Source of the DNA: Eledone cirrhosa | Lineage: Eukaryota | Assembly (NCBI GenBank): GCA_964016885.1 | Contig: OZ024743.1 | Coordinates: 61,318,001-61,382,000, forward strand | Length of the DNA: 64,000 bases | Reading direction: 5' to 3' | In this document: positions 10,850-24,758 of the stretch, piece by piece | Position numbering within the stretch: position 1 is the stretch's first letter | How the letters are laid out: every line of letters starts with the position of its first letter | Notes under the pieces: model-generated | Databases searched by the model: none | What the model was told of the DNA's origin: nothing | The model's input: the letters and a program-made list of their open reading frames with translations, nothing else | Made by a program: the position numbers and the translations under genes

Positions 10850-11420
10850 TTGCATGAGTCTGATTTGTTCAAAGACTTTCATCTCACATTTTTTAACGCT
10901 AGACAGAGCGATCCACTACGAAACTGTAGATTTCTAATGTCAATTCCTACGTCCTTCAAGTTCTCCTTCAATGCAACTATGAAACTTTTCTTTGGCTTAC
11001 TTTTTTTATTTTCCTTGAAAAAGTTCCCCATAAAATAGTTGGTTAGAGATACACTCATCAGCCATGCGGCAATATGTCGAGACCATTGCAGTTGCACCTA
11101 GAACGTCAGGGTCAGGAGTGAATGAATTCCATTTTATTTTCAGAATATGTCGTAAGCATCTTTGATGGAATCGTTCCAGGAGTCTAAAGAGATTTTTGTA
11201 AGACGTCCAAGTTTTAGAAGAGTACAGAAGAGATAACACAAAGGAACGATAAACAGATATTTTTGTTTCATTCTTGATATGTCCTTGTGACCAAACCCGA
11301 GAATCTAAAGTACCAAAAGATTTCGCTGCTTTTTGAATCCTTAGAGATATTTCTGAATCCAATGTTCCATCTTCATTCACTGCCACTCCCAAGTTATATG
11401 AAAGTTTCAACAACCTTAAG
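10850..11420 (-). mobile_element. RTE-clade LINE fragment (post-RT region), frameshifted
   Basis: LDSEISLRIQKAAKSFG..TKISVYRSFVLSLLYSSKTWT..LERFHQRCLRHILKIKW. Confidence 0.8.
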
Positions 11421-11862
11421 AAGAATACCTTTCACATATATTTCAAGTTACTGCACAACTTGTCCAGGTGCAGGTTGGCATAAAACTACCTTTTTCTTTA
11501 AATTCATATTAAAACCAAAGATATCACATGCCGAATGAAATGCAGAAATTAACAGGATGATTAACAGGATACAATGTATTTTATTAGTGATGTGAAGATT
11601 TTGCTCTTAACAGATAGATAAATAGAGAGACGTATAGAGAGGTTGATAGATAGACAGACTGGCTGATAAGAGATACAGACAAGTAGCTGACTACATAGGG
11701 AAATACCGGTTGGCCATTGCATCCATTTCTATATATGTATACACACACACGTACGTTCACACGTACGTACACACGTACAGACACACACTCTCTCTTACAC
11801 ACACATATATAACATGTGACAATATGACACACGTACGCTTCAGTATTGTTTAATAATATTTA

Positions 11863-12053
11863 GGGCGGTGGATTGGCAGTATCGGTAGAGGGTCGGACGC
11901 CATGCTTTGAAGCATAGAGTTACCTCCCTTTATGATCTGAGTTCAAATCCCGCCGAGGTCAACTTTGCTTTTCATCCTTACAGGGTCGATAACATGAAGT
12001 ACCAGTAATACACTGATATAATTGCTGGCCTTGTGCCAAAAGTAGAAACAATT
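11863..12053 (+). mobile_element. tRNA-derived SINE, family A
   Basis: A-box-like TGGCAGTATCGG, B-box GAGTTCAAATCCC, core TTTGCYTTTCATCCTTACRGGGTCGATAA; about ten copies in the window. Confidence 0.85.
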
Positions 12054-12780
12054 ATTTTACAAATATATTTATCTTTAAAAAAAAAAATTCATATTGCTGG
12101 TCCGCGGGATTTAAAATTATAAATTTAGTGGTTCGTGCGGTCCGAAAGGTTGGCGACCACTGTTCTATTCGACAATAAGATAGCCCAACCTCATCAAATA
12201 CCAAGACAAGGAATTAAAAACATAAGAGAACATTTATAGAGGATTAGCAACCATTAGTAAAGTTCAGGATCCTATTTAATGACATATAAAATTATTTCGC
12301 ACAACCGGATGTGGAAACACTCCTCTGTGTTATCAAACAAGAATGGTGATACAGAAACGTCACTTGTGGTCGACATTTCCTGGACAACCTAGAATGGATG
12401 AGGGAGGGGGACAACAGCTACAACAACAACAACAACGACAACGACAACAAAACAGCAACAGCCGCAATGGCAGTAGCAGCAGCAGCAACAAGGACAACAA
12501 CAGCAGCAGCAACAACAACAGCAACAACAGCAGCAGCATGGGTAACGAGCAATATTAACGCCAGTCAACCAGAAAGAAACGGAAATATTGTAAGGACATC
12601 GACAGAGTCTTTATGAACGGCAGTACATTTACGTGATATTATCAACATAGGCAGCACACAGACACATATATACATAGACAGAATAGAAACACACGTACAC
12701 ATAACAACAGCAGTAGATCATACAATACTCTCCCGTCTTTAAATTCCCACAGAGGAAGGTCTCCGTTAGATATGTTAATA

Positions 12781-13177
12781 ATTGTTTCTATTTTTGGTAC
12801 AAGGCCAGCAATTACACCAGTACATTACTGGTACTTTATTTTATCGACCCCGTAAGGATGAAAGGCAAAGTTAACCTCGACGGGATTTGAACTCAGATCA
12901 TAAAGAGACGTAACTCTATGCTTCAAAGCATGGTGTCCGACTCTCTACCGATACTGCCAATCCAATAATGGTTTCTGATTTAGGCACAAGCCCTACTATT
13001 TTAAGGGAGGGAAAAGTCGATTAAATCATCCCCAGTGAGTTACTGGTACTTTATCTATCGATCCCATAAGGATGAAAAGCTGGCTGTTAAAATCGGTAGA
13101 ATTTGAAATCAGAATGTAAAGGGACGTAACTATATGCCACAAAGCATGTTGTCTAGCGCTCACCCGATACTGCTAAC
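12781..13177 (-). mobile_element. Two adjacent family A SINE copies (~12781-12965, ~12968-13177)
   Basis: Reverse complement of the 11863-12053 core (TATCGACCCCGTAAGGATGAAAGGCAAAG...GGATTTGAACTC). Confidence 0.8.
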
Positions 13178-13371
13178 CCCCTACTCTGGAAACTGTTTAT
13201 AATTATTTCAGGGCGGATCTAAAATTGAAAAAGAAAGACATTCACGAAATTCTATAGAAATTAAGAAATGGAATGGACTTGCGTCAGTTTCGTTGATGAA
13301 TGTTCCAATTCTTCCATCAATGAAAAGGCCTGATTGTGTATCCATTACGTAATTATACCCCCCCCCCCCTC

Positions 13372-13409
<38 letters not shown>

Positions 13410-13949
13410 ATTCCCTCTCTCTCATTCTCCCTCACCCTCTCGCACACTCTCTCCCCCTGTCTCTGTTTCTCCCTCTATCTCATTCTCTCACTCCCCATCC
13501 CTGTCTCTCCTCTCTTTCTATTTTCCCTCTCTTTTTTCAACCCTCTCACTGAAACAATTTTTGTTTCATTTAGTGTCTTATTAGGGTGGTGGCTGATTGT
13601 CTATAAAATATAGCTGTGGGTTTCCGTAATTTTCGTGAAATCGTGCAAGGCTCCACCAAAAAACTAGACTGTGCCACTGCTATAGTCGATATAAATGTGT
13701 CCAGAGTTGTGATTATATTTACTTAATAATACTTTTTTGTGAGATTTTAACGTGATAAAATGATGCTCGTGGTGCGAGGCTAAGATAAACTGCCCACCCA
13801 AGGACGTAGCGTTTTCTCCTCCTTCACCTTTCCTTTTTTTAATTATTTAATTTTTTTCTCTCTCCCTGTTTTATATTTTAATTATTTTGTCTTAATAATT
13901 TCACTTTTTGCAGAATTCTATTTGCTAATAAATTGATGAATTGTTTAAT

Positions 13950-14420
13950 AACTACTTCTACGTTTGGCAGAAGGCCAGCAATTTTGAAAAGAAGAGAAAG
14001 GTCAAATAAATCGACCCCTGTGCCTTACTGGTGCTTTATTTTATAGAGCCTAACAGATGAAAGGCAAAGTTAACCTAGGTAGGATTTGAACTCAGAGCGT
14101 AAAGGGCCATAACACTATACCGCAAAGAATGTTATCCAGAGCTTTAACGATTCTGATTTTGGGAGGTGAAAGTCGATTAAATCGATCAACACAAGTACGT
14201 TACTTGCACTTTATGTTATCAACCTCGTATGGAAGAAACACAAAGCTGACCTCGACGGAATTCGAAATCAGAACGTAAAGGTCGTAATTATGTGTCGCGA
14301 AGCATGGTGTTCAACGATCTGCCAATAATAATATTATTGGTTTCTGATTTAGGCACAATGCCACCTATTTTAGGGGAGGAGGAAGACGATTGAATCTACC
14401 CAGTGCGTTACTGGTAGTTG
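13950..14420 (-). mobile_element. Cluster of degenerate family A SINE copies
   Basis: Repeated GATGAAAGGCAAAG / GGATTTGAACTCAGA / GGCACAA cores. Confidence 0.7.
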
Positions 14421-14457
14421 TGAGTTAAATTCGGTAGACGGAAACTGTAGAAACCCA

Positions 14458-14586
<129 letters not shown>

Positions 14587-14890
14587 CCGTATGTGTTGAC
14601 TGCTGAGATAAAGAAGTACTCAATACCGAAGTAGAACAGGCGAATCTCCAGAGTAACAAAACTCATTATTCAGCCTTAATAAATGAATATACATTACAGA
14701 GTCAGGTTTGATCCACAAATAGATCGTACCTCGAGCTGTTGACGGAGAAATAATTGTAATACGTTAATAAATTGTGTTTCGGTGCATCACTGATCCTTCG
14801 TTTTCCATATCATTATACTCTGCTCTGAAGGAGTATAGAGTGCTCAACCGGCATACCGCCTATGGACGCATCCAAGTAACCTTACTACAA

Positions 14891-14931
<41 letters not shown>

Positions 14932-14934
14932 TAT

Positions 14935-15152
14935 TTCGTTTCTGAATTTGTTTAGCAAGATTCTTTATCTGAAATCGTGTGTTGAAACCGATATTGTTAT
15001 ACTTTGGGAGGGTCATGTTGCCAATAAGAAACACACGCACCAGTTGCTTTCACTTCAATTTATTATTATAATAAATTTATTATAATAATAAATTGAAGTG
15101 AAAGCAACTGGTGCGTGTGTTTCTTATTGACAACATGACCCTCCCAAAGTAT

Positions 15153-15160
<8 letters not shown>
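14935..15160. mobile_element. Fold-back remnant of the PLE family at 49765-51900 (terminal ~85-bp arms plus one-sided 56-bp tail), in (TA)n
   Basis: 14991-15160 is a near-perfect palindrome matching 49765-49840 and 51770-51844; 14935-14990 is the reverse complement of 51845-51900. Confidence 0.88.
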
Positions 15161-15237
<77 letters not shown>

Positions 15238-15612
15238 TGTGTGTGTGTTTATGTGTATGTGTGTGTTTACTTTCGTGTCTGAGTTTATACCTAGCAGTTT
15301 GACAAAGAAATAGAGTGATAAAATAACTACCAACCTTGGAAATATAACTACTGGTTTCGATATAAACCTATCGCCACAATGTGAAGCATAAAACAAAAGC
15401 AATGAAAAATATCTGAAACAGATATGGGAAATAACTCCACAGCTTCTCATTGCAGCTTTGCTAATCATAAATAAGAGTTATCTCCCTTACATATCAAATC
15501 TAATTTAATGTTTCTATTTGGTCAGGCGTATTTAGAGACATACCACATACATGGCTGAAGTACTAGATATACAAAGACCACTGCGGGAATGTATTTGACC
15601 ATAGTTCTGCTA

Positions 15613-15677
<65 letters not shown>

Positions 15678-16549
15678 ACACCACTACCGCTACCGCACTC
15701 GAACATACATACATACATACATACATACATACATACATACATACATACACACATACATACATATATACATACATACATACATGATGACTGCCCCCTCGTT
15801 ATCGAGTATGGCCATTGCACGATACACCATTATTAATAATTATTAATTAATTCTATCATGCAATGCCTGTGCATGAAGAATTTTTTTTAACTGACGAAAG
15901 ATTGTGCACTGAGCCAATCCCACTCTCTGCGCGACACTAGCTATAACCCGAAAATAAGAAAATATCAGCATCATCGGTAACTACTGAGCCGCAGGTTTTA
16001 TATCGGAGTTTCCCAGTTTCCTGAGTTGCCTTCTCCTAGAAGAATGCCCTTACAAAGGCTAGGGGTCCTTCACTCCCAGTGGTTTAACGTACATACACAC
16101 ACAGAACTAAGATGGTGTGAATAATATATAAATCAAAGCTCCATCCCAGGTGTGTGTGTGGTGTCTATATGTCCTTTTCAGGGTCAGGGTTTGTGTGCGC
16201 CTGCATGTGGATGCACCTGTGTGTGCGCATGCGTTCGTTTGTGACGGTGTATACACGTGTTGTGTACTCGCTAGCGGGCGAACACAGACATCGCAACACA
16301 CCTTTCGCGACAATGTGACTATGGGCCGAAGACTCCCCCCCCCCCCACACACACAATAGTTCACTCTGTAACTTGTCCCCTCCTGCACGAAATATACCAT
16401 TTTCTTGACTTTCCCAACACGTCAATCAAATTTCTACCCCGTCTCCGTCCCCGAGGAAATAAAGTGATTTTTTGGATAGTGTATCGCCGAACAAGACTGA
16501 ACACATAGAAGCATTAAATAAATATGCAATCTAAGGGAGATAACTTTAT

Positions 16550-16713
16550 TAGCAGTATTGGTAAAGAGTCGGCCGCTATGCTTTGCAGCATAGAGTTACG
16601 GTCCTGAGTTCAAATCCCACTTAATTTAAATTTGCCTTTCATCCTTACGGGGTCGATGAAATAAAGTACCCGTAATGCACTGGGATAATTGCTGGTCTTG
16701 TAGAAACAATTAT
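16550..16713 (+). mobile_element. Family A SINE
   Basis: GAGTTCAAATCCC..TTTGCCTTTCATCCTTACGGGGTCGAT. Confidence 0.8.
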
Positions 16714-18303
16714 TATATATCTAAGGGAGTTAACTGCATATTGTGAAAAGCAAAGCTGCCAAGAGGCGCTGTGCAGTTAGTTCCTAGTTCTGTTTAGAAT
16801 ATTCTTTCATTGTAATTTTTTTGGTTTTTTGCTTTACATTGCGGCCATACGTTCATATCGAAACCAGTACTTATATTTTCAAGTTTGGTAGTTATTTTTC
16901 AATATTTTTTTCTTGCCTGATAAACCTGTGATAAACAGGCAAAACTCCAGAGTAACAAAACTCACTATTTAGCCTCAATAAAATGTATATATATTATATA
17001 TATTAATCTGTTTAGCTTGTTCCTTTTTTCAGCTAACGTGGCTTGTTGATTTCGCAACCACTATTTTCATTGTGTCTGGCCTTCATAACGCATGTTAATT
17101 GCTCTGGTTTCTTCTTAGTCCATTGAGCGCTTGCCGGCTTATCTCGAAGATTGCGTTTCGTTTTGTTTCGGCCACCGCCGAAATACGATTTCGCTAAAAT
17201 TATATTCGTATATATATATATATGAAAAGAGACAGGACCCCGGGGTCCTGACTATTTTCCTATTACTCACTATACTACCCAAAGTATCGAGTACTCTGGT
17301 GCGTTATGGTCTACCTGGTTCCTTACCACACTGCCTTCGTTATATATATATATGTATATACAATATATATATATATATTATTATTATTATGATTATTAGT
17401 AGACGGAACTAGCATAGGTATCACTGCTAGGACCGGTTGCATCTCAGCGTACTCAATGGTAATTTTAAATAAACTCCCAGAGTATACACATAGTTATTCA
17501 CTTCAATACAACACACGTAAACGGGTACATTCAATTGTTCCCGAAATCGAGTTTCCGCCACACTCAATGCAGCAGCAGAGTGCACTGCATTCTCTGTTCA
17601 GATATATTATGCAACAATGCACAATCAGTGCATGTGACTTCATCTCCCGATAGGCTACCGATTTATAAATTTACGTGATGACAGGAGACGAAATACAAAT
17701 AAATTCCACCCCGCCATAAGCACTCAGCCAACAAGTCTCAAACACAAATTAACAAGTTAGTGAAAAATTGGTTATTAGAGAAATTCAGTCTCCAATTACT
17801 GTACGATAGAATGGTAGCATTCGGCTCTAGTCACCCAGTCCCATTGCAAGAAAGGGCGTGATAGTAACAATGGTAGTGCCTAAAACCTTTAAGAACATTA
17901 AATGCTAACCGGCGATTATACAGCGAATAGCGCGTTGGTTAGAGTCTGAATTCTAGATATTACGGCGAACCACGTGTGTAAACCGGTCTATTTCATAACT
18001 TGTACGATTTAATAGGTGAGTTAAAGAGAAAATGTATAACAAGAATTAGAGTGTATATTAAAACAGAACACACAAAAAAAAAATTTGAAAAATTGTTCAG
18101 TTTATTCTCATTGTTGATCTGCTAGTTGGGAGAAAACAATAAGTTGACGGAACTAGGATACGACCGGTTGCATCTCAGCGTACTGAATAGGTAATGTTAA
18201 ATAAACTCCCAGAGTATACACATAGTTATTCGTTTCAATACAACACACGTAAACGGGTACCGTCAATTGTTCCCGAACTCGAGCTTCGGCCACACTTAAT
18301 GCA

Positions 18304-18353
<50 letters not shown>

Positions 18354-18450
18354 CACAAAATATCGCTTCTTCTAACAAGGCAAGGGCTTTTCTGATGATA
18401 CCTTTCGAATGAAACAGTTCTAGTCCTGTAGAAGCCATTTTTATATTACA

Positions 18451-18519
<69 letters not shown>

Positions 18520-19290
18520 TGAAACTTGGCGTGCTGCGTTGTTTCGAATATGAACATATGAATAAAAATAGACCGAGAAACAGGAAAAGTCCGTCATCAG
18601 TAGTCTGCTGATTATCATTGGTATTTCTTCGCATTAAAGACTAGAAACCTAAAACCAGTGCAAGCGATAACTAAATTACGTTATCGGGACAGAGGAAAGT
18701 GAACAAACATGTGACTAGAGCCGAATGCTACCATTCTATCGTCCAGTAATTGGAGACTGAATTTCTCTAATAACCAATAAACTGTTTCTCGGTCTATTTT
18801 TATTCATATGTTCATATTCGCAACAACGCAGTATGCCATTTTTCATTCACATATATTTTCCCCTCGCTTTGGTTCGTATTTTTTCTGTTACCTTACTGCA
18901 TTCCTCTTTCTCTCTCCCCCTTATCTCTTGCTTTCCTCCATCCCCGTTGCTAGTCACACACTCTCAGCTGGCCCCTTCCTTACACTTTTACTCACTCACT
19001 CTCTGCTACTCCTCCTCCCTCACTTCCTCCCGCCTGACCTGCGTTAATTCTTTCCTCTCTCACTTTTTTCGTGGCTCAGACGTGTCTGTTTTCTTCTCGT
19101 CATTTGATTTGTCGGACTTAAGCCCACAAGTTTCATTGACTTGTCTCTCTTTTCCTCTCTTTACGGTGCGTTACTACCATGTTGTTTGTTCACTTTCCTC
19201 TGTCCCGATAACTTAATTTAGTTATCGCTCGCACTGATTTTAGGTATCTAGTCTTTAATGCGAAGAAATACCAATGAGAATCAGCAGACT

Positions 19291-19456
<166 letters not shown>

Positions 19457-19569
19457 ATGTATATATATATAAAATGTAATATAGAAATGGCTTCTACAGG
19501 ACTTTCATTCGAAAGATATCATAAAAAAAACCCTTGCCTTGTTAGAAGAAGTGATATTTTGTGCAAAGT

Positions 19570-20080
19570 TGGTTGTAGTGCTGTACGAAAGTTTAATAGT
19601 GTTTCTGTTAATGATATTGTGGTAGTGGTGTTGGGGTGGGAAGTGTTTCTCCAGAAGTCTGATGAAGATCTTCCCAATTGGTGTTATGACCGTAGCATTG
19701 TGGGGCGGATTGAACCATGCTACGTGGCGTGAACGGCGGCGTCGCCTGCTAGATCCGCTAGCAGTCGAAAGGTTTGCCTTGAAGCCGCTTCTTTTGAGGG
19801 CCTGATGGTAGTGTGATGCGTGTTCATTGAAGATATTTTCATTTGCATACGGAGGGAGATTTTTTTACTAAATTATTGGTAATATTCCTGGGATGATTGG
19901 AATAGCGATGGATATAGAGTAAGTTATAGTTCGGTTTCCTGTAGGGGTAGTACAAATTGTTCTCCAGATCTAGTGTTAATTCCAAAAGTTTGTAGGGTGA
20001 TTCTGAAACCCAAATCTTGGAAGAAATCGATTAGCTGTTTACGGACCTGGGCCGTACTACTGTGAGGGTAACTAGCCCGT
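19570..20080 (-). mobile_element. Penelope-like RT C-terminal fragment
   Basis: Manual translation LLELTLDLENNLYYPYRKPNYNLLYIHRYSNHP, homologous to the PLE RT regions at 22.8 kb and 56.9 kb. Confidence 0.75.
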
Positions 20081-20682
20081 CATCTCTGTACAAACCACCC
20101 CCGAACGGAAATCGTAAATATAAAGCAAATTAAGAAACACATAAATACACTACGCCATTCCCTTTGTCTTAAATACGCCGAAATTAAAATGGTTCTCGTT
20201 TTTTTTTCCTTTTTGAACATAATGTAGTTAGGTGCAATGCCATTTTTACAGATTAGAAATATTTGATAAGGTAGAGTTCTCTCTTCATAGTGTGTGTGCA
20301 CGAGTGACTAGCTTAACACCTTCAGGTCAATAGGTCTAGTCACCCATTTTCTTTTGCTTTTTATCCTGTCAAGCCTCGTTCCTTGACGCCATGAATGTAA
20401 TAAAACTTGATAATTCAAGATATTTAGCAGGACTAAACCCCCCCATTTGAACAAAGGTACCCTCCCCCCGATCACTGACCACTCCCGGAGAAAAACTAAA
20501 CGGACGAAAACATAAGAGAACTTTAAAGATTTCTTTTTTTTTTTACTTAGACTGTCAGCCCATATATGGATTATACCCATTGAGGAGTCCAGCTAGATTC
20601 CCACCGTTCGAATACTGGCACTTTAGTTGGGATCTAGCTGTCAAAACGACAGGAGCTCACCCGTCGGGGTCCTGAATATTTT

Positions 20683-20748
<66 letters not shown>

Positions 20749-21086
20749 TAGGGGGGTGGAGGACTGCTGAACATTGAACAAAAATATCTTTTCTGGATTT
20801 GTGACTTAGAGGGGGAACTTTCTCGGTGCAAAATCCATGACCATTCGTTTTAGATAAAAACGGAGGAAAAATGCAATCATGTTCCAATAAACCGACCTTT
20901 CTTTCCTGTACCAAATTCGACAGTTGATAATCGATGATTGACTACTTAGTATGTTTTTATTGGGGGGGGGGGGGGGTCTTTAAAGTAAGAAATGGCTTTT
21001 TCCTCCATTAAGTATGTATATCTTCCTGAATATTATATTCTTTATGTATGTGTACAAAATACTATGTGTTTCTCAAACGATATATG

Positions 21087-21133
<47 letters not shown>

Positions 21134-21667
21134 CCATAAATCTTATAAATTTGAATTATTGATGCTCCGAACCAAGGTCCATTGAGCTTATTTATTGAGG
21201 AATATGATTATCATACATGTTAGATATATCTTGATACCTTAATCTTGTATATCATCTTGATCACCTTGACCGACCAGTCTGTCGGGGGCCATTCGGCGCC
21301 CCTGGTTACAGCACGTTGCTGTTTTAGCCATACGATGACGCCATCCCAATGGCTGGGCGAGCAGGCCAAACCTTGTATATATGATTATATATATATATAT
21401 TCAAATTTTGAATTTTGACTGCCAAAACCGGGGGTTACCTCCCTTCGAGAAAACCACGTGACTGCCAGCGGTGTTTACTGCTAAAATTCACAAGCGGAGC
21501 GGCTGAGAACGCAGCCAGAGCTTCGATTATGCTGTACTTCAATGTGTATATATATATATACTATGATGGCTAGTAGACCACTGATGATGGATTGTCCTGG
21601 CTTCTATTTCTAATTCTTCATTTTAATTTGTATATCACATTTGCAACAACACAGACCGCCATTTTTC

Positions 21668-21721
<54 letters not shown>

Positions 21722-21741
21722 GGTTACCAACAGTTAGTTCA

Positions 21742-21791
21742 CCATACCGAGAACAATTGTTTCACCTTAGCGGATCCTCAGCTCGTAATGG
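21742..21791 (-). ncRNA. Minimal type I hammerhead ribozyme
   Basis: ccat-ta-cgag CUGAGGA u cc-gcuaa-gg u GAAA caauug UU cucg-gu-augg; palindromic stem III, weak stem II. Confidence 0.65.
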
Positions 21792-21983
21792 GCATGGTTA
21801 TACGGAACATGAAGGACCACCGTACGAACGCGCATGCGCAGAAACCCGTCACTTCACACAGGCAATGCTAAAATGCGTGCGAGAGGTGTAAGGGAGATAA
21901 CTGCGAGAGTCCGAAAAGTTTTTAGTTGATAAGAAAAAATATTGATGTTGTTACAATAATTCATTCTATCCGGAGCTTTGTAG

Positions 21984-22960
21984 TTATTCAATAGGTGTTT
22001 CGAGACAACGTGTAAAAAATTCATTTCTCGTGTTTAGGCAATCACTATTGAATAATCTCTTTAGAATATTTATTCGTTCATCAATACACAGTCCACACGA
22101 CGGATTTCCCCTTGCGTATGGCTTAGACTTAGTGATGACTTTCCATTGAATGGAGTAGTCTATACTTGAGTCCTTGAGGGACCATATGTGGCTCGCGAGT
22201 TTCGTGGATGAACGTCTGTCCGGGTACCTAAAGGTCGACTGATGGTTCAGGAAACGTTCCTTAAATCGGCCCTCCGCCATACCCACATAGGATTTGACCT
22301 CCTGTGGTTGGTTTGGTCGGTTGGAAGTGACCACAGCTTCATAAATTGCAGCTGGTGTGTTGCATTGCTGTTGAAGGGGGCAAGCTTCGGGCTTACGGCA
22401 AGAGCACCCTGGTGGGGTGTTGCTCCTAGGGCTGCTGATGATGTGGGCCTTCATGTTCTTAGCGCAGGAGTATCCTAGTTTTATTTTGTGTCGGTTAAAG
22501 ATGGAGCGGTATTTATGACCTATGGGAAAGTGTCTATCTAAGAGGGCTAGAACTGTTTTGCCTACATTGGTTTTAACGTTGAGTGAGAAGGGAGGAGAGA
22601 ACCAAATAGTTTGTCTATTGTTACGCTTTCTTTTCTTATTGCTGTTGTTGATAGTGGGAGAGTAAGTGATAGGTTGCGAGAAGCCGCTGTTAGCCAACGC
22701 CGTGTTATAGTAGGGTGCCGCCCTGTCAAAGATAGCCTTATTAGAGGAGAGGTTTGAGATTCTAGTACTGATATTATTTACGAAGTTTCCAAAAACAGTG
22801 GGAGGGTGGCATGAGTCCTTGTGAATGTAATTGAGTTTTTCGTTTAGCCTATGGAAGGGTATGTGGGTGTGTGTGCGAAGGTCTAAATTAATGTCTAAGA
22901 AATATACGCTAGAGAGGTTGGTTGCTACTGTTATCCAAAGTCCTAACTCATTGAAGTAGA
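21984..22960 (-). pseudogene. PLE RT thumb-linker-GIY-YIG reading frame (includes ORF 21984-22697)
   Basis: WFSPPFSLNVKTNVGK, Cys cluster, IY..YVG motif, CGLCIDER, LNTRNE; upstream RT frameshifted and deleted. Confidence 0.85.
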
Positions 22961-23714
22961 AGTCCTAACTCATTGAAGGTAGAAGCTAAGTCTTTTTTAA
23001 CCGGTCGAGGTCGTGACCACTTTTATAGCTCGATAAGGTCAGCCCACCGTCGCGGTATATTCCCGTGTGGAATCTAATATGTCTAAAATAAATAGGCCAA
23101 CCAAGTCACATATGTCAGCACAGTCAAACGATCCTATGGAGACGTCCAATAGGATGGTTTTACGGCAGTGAGCGATGATTTCCATGTCTAAACCATCGAC
23201 GGTGGTATAAGTGGTAGCGAAGTCCAACGCTTTGTTTAACAGGGTCCAACGCTTTGATCGACGGGTAAAAATCGACAATGTCAAACTGTGAACTTCACTT
23301 TTTTGGATTTTAAGGAGTTAAACCACTTGGTTACGGAGTCGCTGTTCTCCCACTGCGGCAGGTTGGTCTTCCTCCTAATGGTCTTAACTATGTTTCTAAG
23401 TATGGCCTTACTGACTAGTCCCATATCTGTGCGTACCGGGTTTATTAGTCTACATGTGGGGTTAGAAGTAAAGTCTACCTTGTGATCTTTCAGGGTGAGC
23501 AACGCCTCCCGCTTAGCTAGAGATTGTAGCTTCTTATCTACCTTAAGGGTGGCGGCAAGTTCTTTGGCTTCTGTATTAATGTCGTGGTGGGCCAGAGGGT
23601 TAGCTTTCTTATATTTGGAAGTAATAGCGTTATGGGCCAGGTGGCGGAAAGTGTTGTTGTCGACTTCATAAATATTATTAGTTTTGTCGGAAAGATGGAG
23701 CGTGTCTACCTGAA

Positions 23715-24097
23715 ATAGAAAAAAACCGTTTTGTATATAGAGAGAGCTATGTGTGTGTATGTAAGTAGAAGAGTGTGTGTGCTTGTAAGTACGAAGCTGT
23801 GAGCAAAAGTATGTTATTATAAGGGAGTGTGTGTATATACAGAGCTGTGAAGAGAAAAGTAGAGGTGTGTGTGCGTATTTTGTTGGTCTGTATCAGCTGT
23901 AAGTGAATATGTTTCTGACCATCAGAGATCCATAGGAACCTAGGGGTGAATGTACAAGCGCGTGTGTGATAATGGACGGGGTAAAAGTGACAGGGCCTAA
24001 GGGTAGAGAAGTAAGAACAAATGTATATGTATAATATTAAAGAAATTGGGAAGGGGAGTTGAGTCCTTGAGGGAAACAGGGCCCAAGGCGGTAAATC
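23715..24097 (-). mobile_element. PLE 3' fragment (GIY-YIG C-terminal motif + UTR)
   Basis: [13 protein letters not shown] resembles the I..L.T..P.GLN end of PLE GIY-YIG domains. Confidence 0.5.
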
Positions 24098-24103
24098 ACA
24101 CAC

Positions 24104-24191
<88 letters not shown>

Positions 24192-24214
24192 ACACACACA
24201 CACATATATATATA

Positions 24215-24318
<104 letters not shown>

Positions 24319-24460
24319 CATATAGTAATAAGAATATTTATATTTATATATATTTAATACAGTTATAAATATGGAGGGTAGTACTAAAGTACTAAGTACT
24401 AGCCTGTTACCGGTATGACAAAAGGCTCAATGCAAGTTTTCAAGTGTTTTACAGAGCCGA

Positions 24461-24628
24461 GATACAAAGTGTTAAAACGATCAAATTTTAATTTAGAACA
24501 TTTATTTGCTGACAATTAATGTTTCGGCATTCCCTATGCTCCGATGATTCCAGACTTCCCTCTGGAAGAAACACTTTTCAGCAAATAAATGTTCTAAATA
24601 AAAATTTGATCGTTTTAACACTTTGTAT
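24461..24628. repeat. Inverted repeat (~51-bp arms) enclosing a variant hammerhead fold
   Basis: ATACAAAGTGTTAAAACGATC...GCTGA / TCAGC...GATCGTTTTAACACTTTGTAT. Confidence 0.85.
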
Positions 24629-24720
24629 ATATATATATATATATTTTCATCTTGATGTAATAGTCACTTATATATCTGAATTACTGTCGGCTTCTTGCTT
24701 ACATTAATTTCTCTATTTTC

Positions 24721-24758
<38 letters not shown>

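Larger units (their letters stand above)
21720..23712 (-). mobile_element. Penelope-like element (Naiad-type motifs), 5'-truncated, degenerate RT + GIY-YIG endonuclease + 3' UTR with hammerhead
   Basis: DKTNNIY, TLKDHK, CRLINP, DVSIGSFDCADICDLVGL, YRDG, FLDINLDL, HPP; CSCRKPEACPLQQQC..AAIYEA..SYVGMAEGRFKERFLNH. Confidence 0.88.

Noticed and set aside
11863-11960. tRNA genes
   Set aside because: A/B boxes belong to SINE heads; no full cloverleaf, and the sequence continues into the SINE body
12095-12162. hAT-like terminus; also pogo/Tigger-like ends at ~26897 and ~37190
   Set aside because: Single ends without a convincing partner TIR or target duplication
12343-12616. Poly-Gln/Asn/Ala ORFs
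   Set aside because: Mixed CAA/CAG trinucleotide tract with no domain, splice or codon evidence
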